In this document: positions 26,850 through 38,800 of the stretch, piece by piece
How positions within the stretch are numbered: position 1 is the stretch's first letter
Layout of the letters: the number at the start of each line of letters is the position of its first letter
Origin: Macrostomum lignano
Lineage: Eukaryota
Direction of reading: 5' to 3'
Assembly (NCBI GenBank): GCA_002269645.1
Contig: NIVC01004288.1
Location: 1-51,615, forward strand
DNA length: 51,615 nt
Translations under genes and position numbers: made by a program
The notes under the pieces: model-generated
Database searches by the model: none
What the model was told of the DNA's origin: nothing
Seen by the model: the letters and a program-made list of their open reading frames with translations, nothing else

Positions 26850-26909
26850 CTTTGTAAAGAATTTTAGTGTTTTTTAAGTGTTCCTATGGTAACTGACAGA
26901 ATGCATACC

Positions 26910-27935
26910 ATTGGTGTCTATGGGTGTTGTTGGTGTGTCTATGGGTGCCATTGGTGTGTCTATGGGTGCTGTTGGTGTGTCTATGGGTGCTATTGGTGTG
27001 TCTATGTGTGCTGTTAGTGTGTCTATGGGTGCTATTGGTGTGTCTTTGGGTGCTATTGGTGTGTCTATGGGTGCTGTTGGTGTGTCTATGGGTGCTGTTG
27101 GTGTGTCTATGGGTGCTATTGGTGTGTCTATGGGTGCTATTGGTGTGTCTATGGGTGCTGTTGGTGTGTCTATGGGTGCTGTTGGTGTGTCTATGGGTGC
27201 TGTTGGTGTGTCTATGGGTGCTATTGGTGTGTCTATTGGTGCTATTGGTGTGTCTATGGGTGCTGTTGGTGTGTCTATGGGTGCTATTGGTGTGTCTATG
27301 GGTGCTATTGGTGTATGTATGGGTGCTATTGGTGTGTCTATGGGTGCTATTGGTGTGTCTATTGGTGTTATTGGTGTGTCTATGGGTGCTATTGGTGTGT
27401 CTATGGGTGCTGTTGGTGTGTCTATGGGTGCTATTGGTGTGTCTATTGGTGCTATTGGTGTGTCTATGGGTGCTATTGGTGTGTCTATGGGTGCTATTGG
27501 TGTATGTATGGGTGCTATTGGTGTGTCTATGGGTGCTATTGGTGTGTCTATTGGTGCTATTGGTGTGTCTATGGGTGCTATTGGTGTGTCTATGGGTGCT
27601 GTTGGTGTGTCTATGGGTGCTATTGGTGTGTCTATTGGTGCTATTGGTGTGTCTATGGGTGCTGTTGGTGTGTCTATGGGTGCTATTGGTGTGTCTATGG
27701 GTGCTATTGGTGTATGTATGGGTGCTATTGGTGTGTCTATGGGTGCTATTGGTGTGTCTATTGGTGCTATTGGTGTGTCTATGGGTGCTATTGGTGTGTC
27801 TATGGGTGCTGTTGGTGTGTCTATGGGTGCTGTTGGTGTGTCTATGGGTGCTGCTGTTGGTGTGTCTATGGGTGTTGCTGGTGAGTGTGTCCATGGGTGC
27901 TGTGGGTGAGTGTGTCCATGGGTGCTGTAGGTGAG
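26910..27935. repeat. Minisatellite, 21-bp GGTGTGTCTATGGGTGCTATT, about 47 copies
   Basis: Direct. Confidence 0.97.
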
Positions 27936-27968
27936 TGTGCCTGCATATTGCCTGTACGAGCTGCATAC

Positions 27969-28016
27969 CCCATATTGGCAAAGCGAGCTGGCTTCATAAA
28001 TTAGCCAGTTCATCAT
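27969..28016 (-). CDS. Possible first coding exon of the aminopeptidase (MMNWLIYEASSLCQYG)
   Basis: ATG at 28016; GGG|GTATGC donor in phase 0 matches the phase-0 acceptor at 26850. No homology support. Confidence 0.25.
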
Positions 28017-28954
28017 CCCGTGGGAAGCAGTCGAGCCCCTTTAGACAGCAGGCAAGCAAACTCAGATTGGCTACTCGTCAGTCAGCTGGGCCAACTCGCA
28101 CTACTTAAACAAAACAGGTTGAGCACAAGCAATCAGGCAGATGAAAGTCTGAGCAGCTTACTGCCGCCCAGTGCCTGAGCGCAAACACACGCTGCTCGGC
28201 GAAAAAGAGAGTGGCAGGACTTACTCTCAGATTTCTGGGTCAAACAGAAGTAAAGTTTTTTCTTATTTTCGTGCTCAACCGACTGAGCCTAGCTTTCATC
28301 ACGCGCTGTTGTCATCGAAATATTTACTAATGCAGTCTTGAACAATGGAAGCTGCATATAATTTATTCTGATAATTAACGGTGGAACTGGCTAATGAAGA
28401 GGAACCGGGACCTCCCTAATTACATTTCTCTGTTGCACGCAAAACTCCTGGACACACTGGGCTGACTGGAGGAAGTTTATTAGCGCGTTTTAAAAGAAAA
28501 GTTTCTTAATTTCCACAGTTTGGTGAAATAGTTTGGTGTAGGATCGTAAAAATTTATCATTTTATTAATAGGCTTTTGAACTTTCGTAGGATTCTGACTA
28601 CTTAAAACTCGCTGCTATAAGTGAATGCGAATTACAAAATCTGCGTAGACAAGTCTGGAAGAAGATTTATGCAAGTCTTGTCTGCCTACGAGGTTGAATT
28701 TTTCTGCAGCAATACATAAGGTGTGTCTGTTCATACGAAAATAAATCATCTTGGAGGCATCACTATTGTGCAGCTTGTTGGCTAGAGGCCATATGCAGTC
28801 GGGTTCCACCTTTGAACTGCGCTCTTAGCTGGGAGAGGGGAGAGGGTAAAAAAATCGCGAATCGGCCCAGTTGAACAAACAGAAACTGCGACTAAACCGT
28901 GCAGTAGGCCCTAAGATTTCCAAGAGGTTTGGCTGTGCGGAGCCCCTGTGTTGG

Positions 28955-29245
28955 CATCCGGGTTTCATCTGATTAGCATCCGGGTTGCATCTGATTAGCA
29001 TCCGGATTGCATCTGATTAGCATCTGGGTTGCATCTGATGTGCATCCGGGTTGCATCTGATTAGCATCTGGGTTGCATCTGATGTGCATCCGGTTTGCAT
29101 CTGATTAGCATCCGGGTTGCATTTTATTAGCATCTGGGTTGCATCTGATGTGCATCCGGGTTGCATCTGATTAGCATCTGGGTTGCATCCGGGTTTCATT
29201 TGGGTTTCATTCGGGTTTCATTCGGGTTTCATTTGGGTTGCATCC
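28955..29245. repeat. Minisatellite, 22-bp GTTGCATCTGATTAGCATCCGG
   Basis: Direct. Confidence 0.92.
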
Positions 29246-29333
29246 AAATCTAAGACTTCCAAGGACTTGCGCACGTCCGAAAGGGGAACTGTATAAATTC
29301 GAAGTCGTGTGCATTCACAAATCGATACGAAAT

Positions 29334-31294
29334 TCACTTTTTTGGCGCACCAAGCGGATTAGCATGGATTTTCTCTATCACTGCTGCCCCAGCAGCTGCA
29401 CAAATGCTGATGCTATTGTCCAAACCGCGAACGGTGGCTTGTTTAAAATACGAATTCATCACTGCATCTGCATTGTGGGTGCAGATTGTCCAATTCATAG
29501 ACAACCCTTGCTCTCGGTGAGGTGAATAATGCAAGGTCGAGCAATGACAATAATGATTGGCGAGCCCCGGAGAGGGGACGAGGCAGACAGTTGCACTTTG
29601 AGGAGATTGCTGAGTAGTTGTTGCAATCAAGGTTTGCAGCACGCGGCTCTGCCCCAGAGATTGGCGTCTTCTCGTCCACTCCGAGTCTCTGTCTACTCGG
29701 TCCTCTCCCCAGCTCATTGATGAGGCTTGCACTGCCGTCGTGGACTCAAGGCGTAACCTTTTAGTATCCGCATCAGGTCGAGTTTCGCACCTGAGGCTCC
29801 CTTTGCACACAGGGGTTGAGCTTGGGGCTCAGCCCGACTGAATTTATGAGTTTCCCAGCTATCAAATTTCGGACAGATTTTTCAGGTTCCGGTACATTAA
29901 AAAGAAAAAATGCAAGTAGTAATAAGATTAAACCATATTTAGCGAAATATTCGTAAAAAAAATGTATGAGGATTTGAGTTGGATAGATATTTGAATCATG
30001 GAAGCATTTCTCAATTGACTAGAAACAGTAGCTTATGCGTGAGACTGGTGATACCATGAATATTTTAATTATTTGTTTGAATCCATATATATCCCACAAT
30101 GAGTCGGTTTCTTTTCTTTGGGCATTTCATTTGAAATATCAAAAAATTAAGAAACTACCCCAGTTTCAATTAAATATTTTTTTTGGTTTTCTAGAAGTTA
30201 AATTCCATTTTATCTCATTTAAAAAGAAATAAACACTTTTTTTAATTAAAAATTAAATAAGTTTTTCTGTGTGCATTAATTGACATAAAAATAGCCACAA
30301 ATAAACTCTCACCTGATGAAGAAACATGGTTCTCGCAGCCATCTGAAATAAAACATCCATAGTTCTTAGAGTTTTTGGACTAGCTTTGTTAGTAATATGA
30401 ATAGCCAATAAAATTATGTCTTTATTGGAGGGTGAAATTGGATTTTAGATTCATTTTTAATATAGAATAAGGTGCAAGACCAAGATGGCCACAGCCACAA
30501 CATTAAATCTCCATTATAACTGCTTTCTCTCTAACAATAATTAGCAACCTAATAGCTATTGTTTTATTATCATGCATTATTTTGTTTTAATCAATCATAT
30601 TTATAAATATTGATACAATAATAGATTTGAAACGATTTATTCATAATATAAAAACTTTAATCTTTTTAGTGTTTGTGCCAATTTATTCCCATAAGGCCAT
30701 ATATATCAAATATATCACTATCAGTTTATTAAGAAACCATTGCTAATAATAATGCTATGCAAAAATGAGATAAATATGCAACAAGGTATTTATTATATGC
30801 TTGGCTACTTGCTTTATTTAGTAAATAAACATCTATAGGTCAAGCTACAATAAAAGCTAGGCCTAAAAACAAAGTGACTGATTATAATGTAATATAATTC
30901 CATTTTAGCATCTATCTCCCTAATTATTACCAAAAGGAAAATGGAAATGAGTGAAATATATAGACCTATACTTAATATTATTTATTTTAATTTAGACATT
31001 TAGATCTGTGGCCATCTTGGTGTGTGGCCATCTTGGTGTGTGGCCATCTTGGTCATGTGCCTAAAATAATGTCATTTTTGTTTTTTCTTTTCTACCAGTA
31101 AAGGTTGTGTGGCAATGATAATTAATGCTTGTTGAGAAAATGCAGATGGCTAAACACTAATTTATATTTTGAAATTAAAATTATTTAAATGACAATTCTA
31201 TCAATAATTAACAGCCTTAAGCTTCCATGTACAACGATATCTTACCTGAAGCTGACTTTAAAGGTAAAATTTGCACTTCTTCTACATTTTCCAT
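29334..31294 (-). CDS. Hypothetical spliced gene (181 aa) between PPIP5K and the aminopeptidase
   Basis: ATG 31294 to CAG|GTAAG donor 31246 (phase 1); 30-nt micro-exon 30342-30313 with TTTTATTTCAG| and CAG|GTGAG; terminal exon 29800-29334 (weak AAG acceptor). The total of 546 nt is in frame. No recognisable domain. Confidence 0.3.
30471..31061. mobile_element. PIF/Harbinger (Tourist-like) MITE, 591 bp
   Basis: 23-bp TIRs 20/23 identical (GGTGCAAGACCAAGATGGCCACA / TGTGGCCATCTTGGTCATGTGCC); TAA on both flanks (30468-30470, 31062-31064); AT-rich non-coding interior; right subterminal 17-bp unit x3. Confidence 0.75.
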
Positions 31295-32680
31295 TGTGAG
31301 TCCTCAGTTATTGAACAGCTTTAAAATTTTTATTCTGGAGAATTGTGCTACAAGCTTACATATTTTACTGTGTGAATATGGTTTTGTATAAAATAATTTT
31401 TTAGATGATGCCTGTAATTAAAAAAATTGCGTTTCGGGCAAATCCTTGAAACGCTGCAATCTTTTTATTTTCGTCCGATACTTACTTACTATAACAAAAG
31501 TTATTTGAAATCGAAACTGCACTTACGAGTAGTACCTAATGTGAATGGTATTTCCGATAAAAGTCTCTTTTTTAGATTTTTTGAAAGAACCTAGTTATGC
31601 TTTTTTGTTTTTTAGTAGCCATATATCATTTACGACTGCGTTAACTTCCCAATCAAAATCTAGTGCAGCCTATTCACGGATCAAAGGATTCTATCATTCT
31701 ATTGCTCTCATTTAAATTAACTTCACTGTAAAATACTAGCAGCATGAAAATATCAATTGTTATTATTCTCATAGTACCGTATTGTAGTATTCTTAGAACC
31801 TTAGTTAACCATAACCTTAAATTAGTTTTGTAAGATCGAACTGAAGTGTCTGTAATGCGGCTTGATTAAAAAAGGACAAAGTGATTAGTGTGATCATATT
31901 AATTATTGGCATTTCAAAAAGCTACACCTATGCTAGTAGTAAGAAGTGAAACTTAATTCAGAAGTAGACCTGGAACTTCAGCTTGTCTTTTACCAAGAGT
32001 TGAAAAAGCGAGTTTGTTTAAAAGAGGCCCAAACTAGCTGAAAATAAAGTGAAATTATCCATAGAAATAAATAACGCTTTGAAAGTCGTATTTGCAAAGC
32101 ATGCTTGATTTATGTCAGTTTCATGTAGTACAGAAATTACTGTGGTGATTACCACCTATATGCGTACGGTTGCAACGCTTCATCTCTCCTCCTCTTGTTT
32201 TGAAATAGTCACGACTCTTCCTAGCACCAATATATGACACAATGAGTTGCAAATAAGCAAATGAAAATTATATTAACATGCCGTGGCTGTGTTACCTCAC
32301 AAAACATCAGTCTGACACAAACTGGTTTTAGCATTAGCCGAGCCAAAGAAAGACTAATTTATTTACTAAATACTATATGGATGAAGGAAAATAAAGTATC
32401 GATTTAGCATCGCAAATCTGCTAAATGTCTGCTATTTAATAAATTTTGGGTGTATCCATCTATAAATTTCAGTGGTGTCGTTGATGCTTAATTAAGTTTT
32501 TTCTGCCATGAACTTTTCAACGAATATGACTCACAATGGAAATAATGATAACATGCCTAATTTTTTTCGGAATGAGTTTACCCTGAAATTCGAGAAAACT
32601 TTCAAAAGCTGTCATTTTTTAAATAAGCATCTCCACTATTATCTTTCCTCCACCTGTCAAGCTTCAGTGCTGGCGCTTCA

Positions 32681-32686
32681 TTTATT
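32681..32686 (-). terminator. Putative poly(A) signal of PPIP5K
   Basis: AATAAA on the minus strand about 205 nt after the stop. Confidence 0.5.
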
Positions 32687-32697
32687 GAGCTGGAAAC

Positions 32698-32838
32698 TCA
32701 GGCACTGGGACAAGGGCCTTTTGTAAGGCCAAGTTGAGAATTCAGGGACTGGGACAAGGGTCTCTTGATGAGGCTGAGCTGGGAACTCAGGAACTGGGAC
32801 AAGGGTCTCTTGATGAGGCTGAGCTGGGAACTCAGATA
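32698..32838. repeat. 44-bp unit x3 in the PPIP5K 3' UTR
   Basis: ACTGGGACAAGGG...GAGCTGGGAACTCAG repeated. Confidence 0.85.
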
Positions 32839-32891
32839 CCAGGATGGGGATCGCAGGGATTTCACGCAAGTCTGACTAAGTGCCTTGGCAA

Positions 32892-35800
32892 TCAGTTGGT
32901 GTCGGAGTGACAGGACTGGCTCCGGCTGGTGCAGGGCGCGCGCAGCTGGCCGCTGGTAAAGGCGTGCAGGAAGGCCTCCAGCTGGTGCAGAGTGAGCGAG
33001 TTGTGCAGCGTCTCCAGCGGATAAATCTCTGGAACCCGCGGCGCGGCGGCCAGCTGCTTCGTCTGCTCGACTCCACCAGCTGTGATGGTCGCCGCTCCGT
33101 CGCTGGCTGTCGGCGAAGACGACAACGATGGAGCCGTGGCGAAGGAAGCGACGGACTTGAAGGCGGACTGCTCGGCCGGCTGAACGTCCGGGTCGGAGCC
33201 GCGGATGAGGCTGGTGGAGATGAGATTCCTGGAATAGGCGCTTGCTGAGGGGCCTGGAATACATAGAGAGGAGATTCGCTCGTTAGATGGTTTGCAACGG
33301 TAACTTATAGCGCTTATTGAATAAGGCATGTCGATTCCGCTGAACCATGAGCACTGACACAGGAGTGCACTTTGACATTGTGAAGTCTCGATGATACTTC
33401 GTACCTACAGATTGTTCTCACCTGGCCTCAACAGAGACTTGGGGATGATGTTGCCGAAAATACGTCGAAGGTCTTCCGACCCGTGATAGGTTCCGTAGTT
33501 GAAGGACAACTCAGGAGTCAACTCGCTCTCGCTGATGGTTCGCTGCTGTTGCTGCTGCTGTTGCTGCTGCTGTTGTTGTTGCTGTTGCTGTTGCTGCTGA
33601 TGTTGCTGCTGGTGTTGTTGCTGAAGCTGCTGTTGCTGCTGCTTCTGCTCCTGTTGCGGTGTCCAATCAGTTTTGACAGCATCGTCTAACGCAGGCGCCT
33701 TGCGCAGCTGCCGGTGAGACCAGGTGTTCTGCCGGTGACGCATGGCTGTGCCTGGACAGGCGATGTTCGGGGTGAATTAACTGAAGCACAGCTAGCTTCG
33801 TATTTTAGTATTAAAATATAGCTTCAGAATTTAATTTAAACGTCTTTTATCAGCCGAGTTTCGGGAGTTCAGTGGACTTAGAACCCATGCCTAGAGAAGA
33901 GTGGATCCCGATCAACAATCAATTATATTTTAGCTAGTTAAAATGTCAAAACGATCGAAAGTTACTAGCCGTGAATTTTTCTCATTTTTAAAAATTCTAA
34001 AGATGAAGATGAGCTTCGGCAACTGGATTTTGAACCACAGTTGCCAACTAGCAGCTGAAATTCCGACCCTAAAACCCTGGCGATTTTTATATTATAAATG
34101 TAACTGGGATTCGAACTTTGGCCCTCGGAGCTCTCACCGCCAGCGGTCGCATCAAATTGCGCAGGCAACGGCGGCGGCTGCGGCTGCGTCGGCAACTCCG
34201 CCGTTCGCGACATCTCAAATCGTCCCACTCGAACCACGGGCGGATCCGATGGAGAAGCCGGCGGGGGCGGCTGAGGCTGAGGCGGAATCTGCACGGTCTG
34301 CACAGCTTCTTCTTCCAGAACGGGCAAGGATCGATAGACGTTGCCTGGGGACAGGTGCAGCTCCACGTGGTAGCGGCCTCGGGAGCCGGTGGTCTGGGTC
34401 GGGTCCTCGTAGATCATGAACACGATCTGGGTGAGGTAGCCCAGCTCCGGCACCGAGTCGCAGAACTCCAGCGCCCGGGCCCACTGCTCGTCTGAGGCCG
34501 CGTTGGCCAGGCCGCCGAAGCGCAGAGCAGCTAGCAGGGTGTGCAGGTGCGACTCCGAGGTGAAGTAGAGCCTGGTGCGCACGAACCGCTCAGGTGAGGC
34601 CACATTTAATGAGTAACTGCGATTTAACGGTTTAGGATGGGGCAGCTGAGGTTTGCTGTCACGTTTGTGAAGCATCTTGAGCCATCGTGTTTACCGAGAT
34701 CTTCAAGCATCTTAAATCTGTTTACCCAGACCCGGAAACATCCTAGGGATATCAAGTGAAACCTTAAAGTGTCTTGAAGTTATGAAGCCATAATTCCACA
34801 TCCGGAATGTCTTGACTCACTCAGTGTTCAGTCTGGTACTGCCGCACTCGTCAAAGTCCAGGTTGCTGGTGTACTGTGTGTCGGCCAGTATTTTCCTTAG
34901 CAACGGGCTGCACACCTGCTCCGCAATGGCCAGCTTCTCCTCTCTTGTGATGCCATATTCGCTGGGCACGACAATGTCGGCCATATTTTTCGCCAGCAGG
35001 TACAGCTCCTTGGCTTGTGAAAGGTCGGCGAAATGTTCCTGATTGTGCAGCAGGTCGTACTTGATGTTGTCGTAGATATCTGGCACTTTGGAGAAGGCGA
35101 ATCTGGACTCCCCGTTGACCGCGTCGCCGGTTGAACAAACGTTCGATTGGTGAAAGTCCTTGGCCAGCTTGCGCCATCGTCCCAAGGCCAGGTCTATGCT
35201 TTCTCCGTGGTAGAGCAGCTTCTGGTGCTGCTGCTGCTGCTGCTCTGCCAGCTGCGCCAACTTGCCGCAGATCGCCTCCATGCAGGCGCTCATTCTCTTG
35301 CAGGCTCTGGCCGGATTGCCGATGCGGTACATCGCCCTCAACACCGAGGTGGGCCCGGTTGGCGCGATGCGCTGCAGGTCCGCCTCGTTCCATTCGCGGT
35401 CGCAGCTCAGACAGGCCTGGATCCGCGCCTTCACCACGGCCATGAACCGGCGCCACTCGCTCGCCCCGGAGTCCAGCAGGCCGTCAGTGTTCGCGGATTT
35501 CACCATCTGCACCAGGATAGGCGTCAGCGGGCCCTCCAGATCGAGGAAGCCCTTGGCAAAGGCGGCAGCCGTTGTCTGGACTCGGCCCTCGTCGCTGGCG
35601 TAGATTTTCAGATCGTGCCGGTAGGTTGAGTGCAGGCGCAGCAGGCCCAGCCCGTCCTGCTGCGAGTAGCTCTCGCCACCCGGGTAGATCACCCTGGAGT
35701 GTTTTGGGACTTTGGTTTGATTGTGGGATTTTTGCTAAAAATCATGATTTCAACTTTATTCAGAGTGGGTGATCGTCATCGACAACTGAATTACTCGTAG

Positions 35801-38800
35801 CAGGACGCTACCACTCGCAGGGGCGTCGCCAACGGGGGGACAGGTGCGCTAAAATGAGTGCCTGCGGCGCTAAAATGAGTGCCTGTGGCGCTAAAATGAG
35901 TGCCTGCGGCGCTAAAATTAGAGCCCGTGGCGCCAAACTGAATGCCTACGGCGCTAAAATGAGTGCCTGCGGCGCTAAAATGAGTGCCTGTGGCGCTAAA
36001 ATGAGTGTCTGCGGCGCTAAAATGAGTGCCTGCGGCGCTAAAATTGCGGCGCTAAAATGAGTGCCTGCGGCGCTAAAATTGCGGCGCTAAAATGAGTGTC
36101 TGCGGCGCTAAATTGCGGCGCTAAAATGAGTGCCTGCGGCGCTAAAATGAGTGTCTGCGGCGCTAAAATTGCGGCGCTAAAATGAGTGCCTGCGGCGCTA
36201 AAATGAGTGCCTGTGGCGCTAAAATGAGTGTCTGCGGCGCTAAAATGAGTGCCTGCGGCGCTAAAATTGCGGCGCTAAAATGAGTGCCTGCGGCGCTAAA
36301 ATTGCGGCGCTAAAATGAGTGCCTGTGGCGCTAAAATGAGTGTCTGCGGCGCTAAAATGAGTGCCTGTGGCGCTAAAATTGCGGCGCTAAAATGAGTGCC
36401 TGCGGCGCTAAAATTGCGGCGCTAAAATGAGTGCCTGCGGCGCTAAAATTGCGGCGCTAAAATGAGTGTCTGCGGCGCTAAATTGCGGCGCTAAAATGAG
36501 TGCCTGCGGCGCTAAAATGAGTGTCTGCGGCGCTAAAATTGCGGCGCTAAAATGAGTGTCTGCGGCGCTAAAATTGCGGCGCTAAAATGAGTGTCTGCGG
36601 CGCTAAAATTGCGGCGCTAAAATGAGTGCCTGTGGCGCTAAAATGAGTGTCTGCGGCGCTAAAGTGAGTATCTGCGGCGCTAAAATAAGTGCTGACGACA
36701 TTGATTCTGAAAATAATGTACATGTAAGAATTTAGTGTATATTTACATGTATATCTATAATTATTGGCTTTGCCCCCCCCCACCATAAAATCCATGGCGA
36801 CGCCCCTGACCACTCGGTTTTCTTAGAAGTGAGCTAGAATATTTGTCGTATCGCAATTGCATTCAAAAATCACATTTTTCTCGACCAATTATGTCTATGG
36901 CCAAACCTCACTAAGCGCTATGCTTTCTCTAGAGCATTTTCCCATCTCCGTTGTGCATCTTCGCATGAAACTCAGGAGCGAAAAAAATTCTAAGAAACGA
37001 AGTTTCCCGTCTTTCTACTCAAGCCGTCCTTTGGCTGAGTCTCACCTGAAGGCCCTGCCGAGCCGTTCCGCCTGCTCCCGGCCCTCCTGGGTGAGCTCGC
37101 CGCCCCACTTGAGCACCAGCAGGAGGGGACTGGACGGCTTGACCGCGGACTCGGAGGCGGAACCTCCGGCGTCGCCAGAGGTGGGTGGCGGAGAAAGCAG
37201 TTTAAGCTGAGCCTTGCGATTGATGCCCCGGAACCTGCCGTGCCGCTCCAGCACCTAGGAGAGTTGAAGGAGTTTGTAAACTAAACAGCATTGGGCTTTG
37301 GGCTGCAGCTGATATTTACGTGGGTGACAGAGTTGCTAGTAGTGGACAGGGGGGCTAGTAGTGGACAGGGGGGCTAGTAGTGGACAGGGGGGCTAGTAGT
37401 GGACAGGGGGCTAGTAGTGGACAGGGGGGCTAGTAGTGGACAGGGGGCTAGTAGTGGACAGGGGGGCTAGTAGTGGACAGGGGGCTAGTAGTGGACAGGG
37501 GGCTAGCTGGGGACACCCGGCTAGCAGGGAACAGGGGGTCTAGCAGGGGACAGGGGGCTAGCAGGGGACAGGGGGTCTAGCAGGGGACAGGGGGGCTAGC
37601 AGGGGACAGGGGCTAGAAGGGGACAGGGAGGCTAGCAGGGGACAGGGGGGCTAGCAGGGGACAGGGGCTCAGGGGCTAGAAGGGGACAGGGAGGCTAGCA
37701 GGGGACAGGGAGGCTAGCAGGGGACAGGGAGGCTAGCAGGGGACAGGGAGGCTAGCAGGGGACAGGGAGGCTAGCAGGGCACAGGGAGGGTAGCAGGGGA
37801 CAGGGAGGCTAGCAGGGGACAGGGGGACTAGCAGGGGACAGGGAGGCTAGCAGGGGACAGGGAGGCTAGCAGGGGACAGGGAGAGTAGCAGGGGACAGGG
37901 AGGCTAGCAGGGGACAGGGGGGCTAGCAGGGGACAGGGAGGCTAGCAGGGCACAGGGAGGCTAGCAGGGGACAGGGAGAGTAGCAGGGGACAGGGAGGCT
38001 AGCAGGGGACAGGGGGGCTAGCAGGGGACAGGGAGGCTAGCAGGGCACAGGGAGGCTAGCAGGGGACAGGGAGAGTAGCAGGGGACAGGGAGGCTACCAG
38101 GGGACAGGGGCTAGAAGGGGACAGGGAGGCTAGCAGGGAACAGGGAGGGTAGCAGGGGACAGAAGGGCTATCAGGAGTCCCCACCGCATTCTCACCTGCC
38201 GCAGCTGCTCCAGTTTCAGCCGATTCTCTCTCGGCTTCTCTTCCTCCCCGTCAGCAACAGCAGCGCCAGCGGTTGTCGGCAGCTGCACCAGCAGCTCCCT
38301 GGCGATGTCCAGCAGCTCCTGCAGCGCGGCCGGCTTCTTCAGTTTCACATCGACAGCCTTCGGGCCGGCCCGATGGCGCTGGAACAGCCGGTGGAAAGCC
38401 GCGTTGTAGACGGGCATCTTCAGCTTCTGCTTGGGCGTTCGATCGCCGTGCCGGATGACCGCCACGACGCAGCGCAGCTCCATGACGGTGCCGAAGGTGG
38501 TGAGGATGAGCGGCGGCTTGTCCATGGTCGGATAGCTGATGGACAGCGATAAGGATGGCGCAATGGCTTGCGTCACCATGACGCCCAGAATGTAGGCGAA
38601 GTCGTCGTAGTATTTCTCTGAGCTCTTCACGAAACTGAAGCCGTTGACGTCGCAGACGTAGGAAGCGTCGTTGGTGCGCAGCAAGTCGAAGCCGCATACG
38701 GTCTGGCTGAAGGCTTCCACCACCTGTAATGGGTCAGGTGAAAGATATATTATAATAATATTAGTATAAAGTTTTTGCATCGACAGGAGGAGAGGGGAGG

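Noticed and set aside
29808-32690. AT-rich island as one large DNA transposon (CAGGGGTT start)
   Set aside because: No matching right TIR or TSD and no transposase ORF.
33965-34137. PPIP5K ending at the read-through stop 33965
   Set aside because: A strong GTGAGA donor at 34137 and downstream in-phase exons carry the conserved PLETLHN motif.
32698-38697. Antisense and alternative-frame ORFs over PPIP5K exons (e.g. 32880-33248 +, 34118-34495 +, 35147-35629 +)
   Set aside because: Shadows of GC-rich coding sequence.
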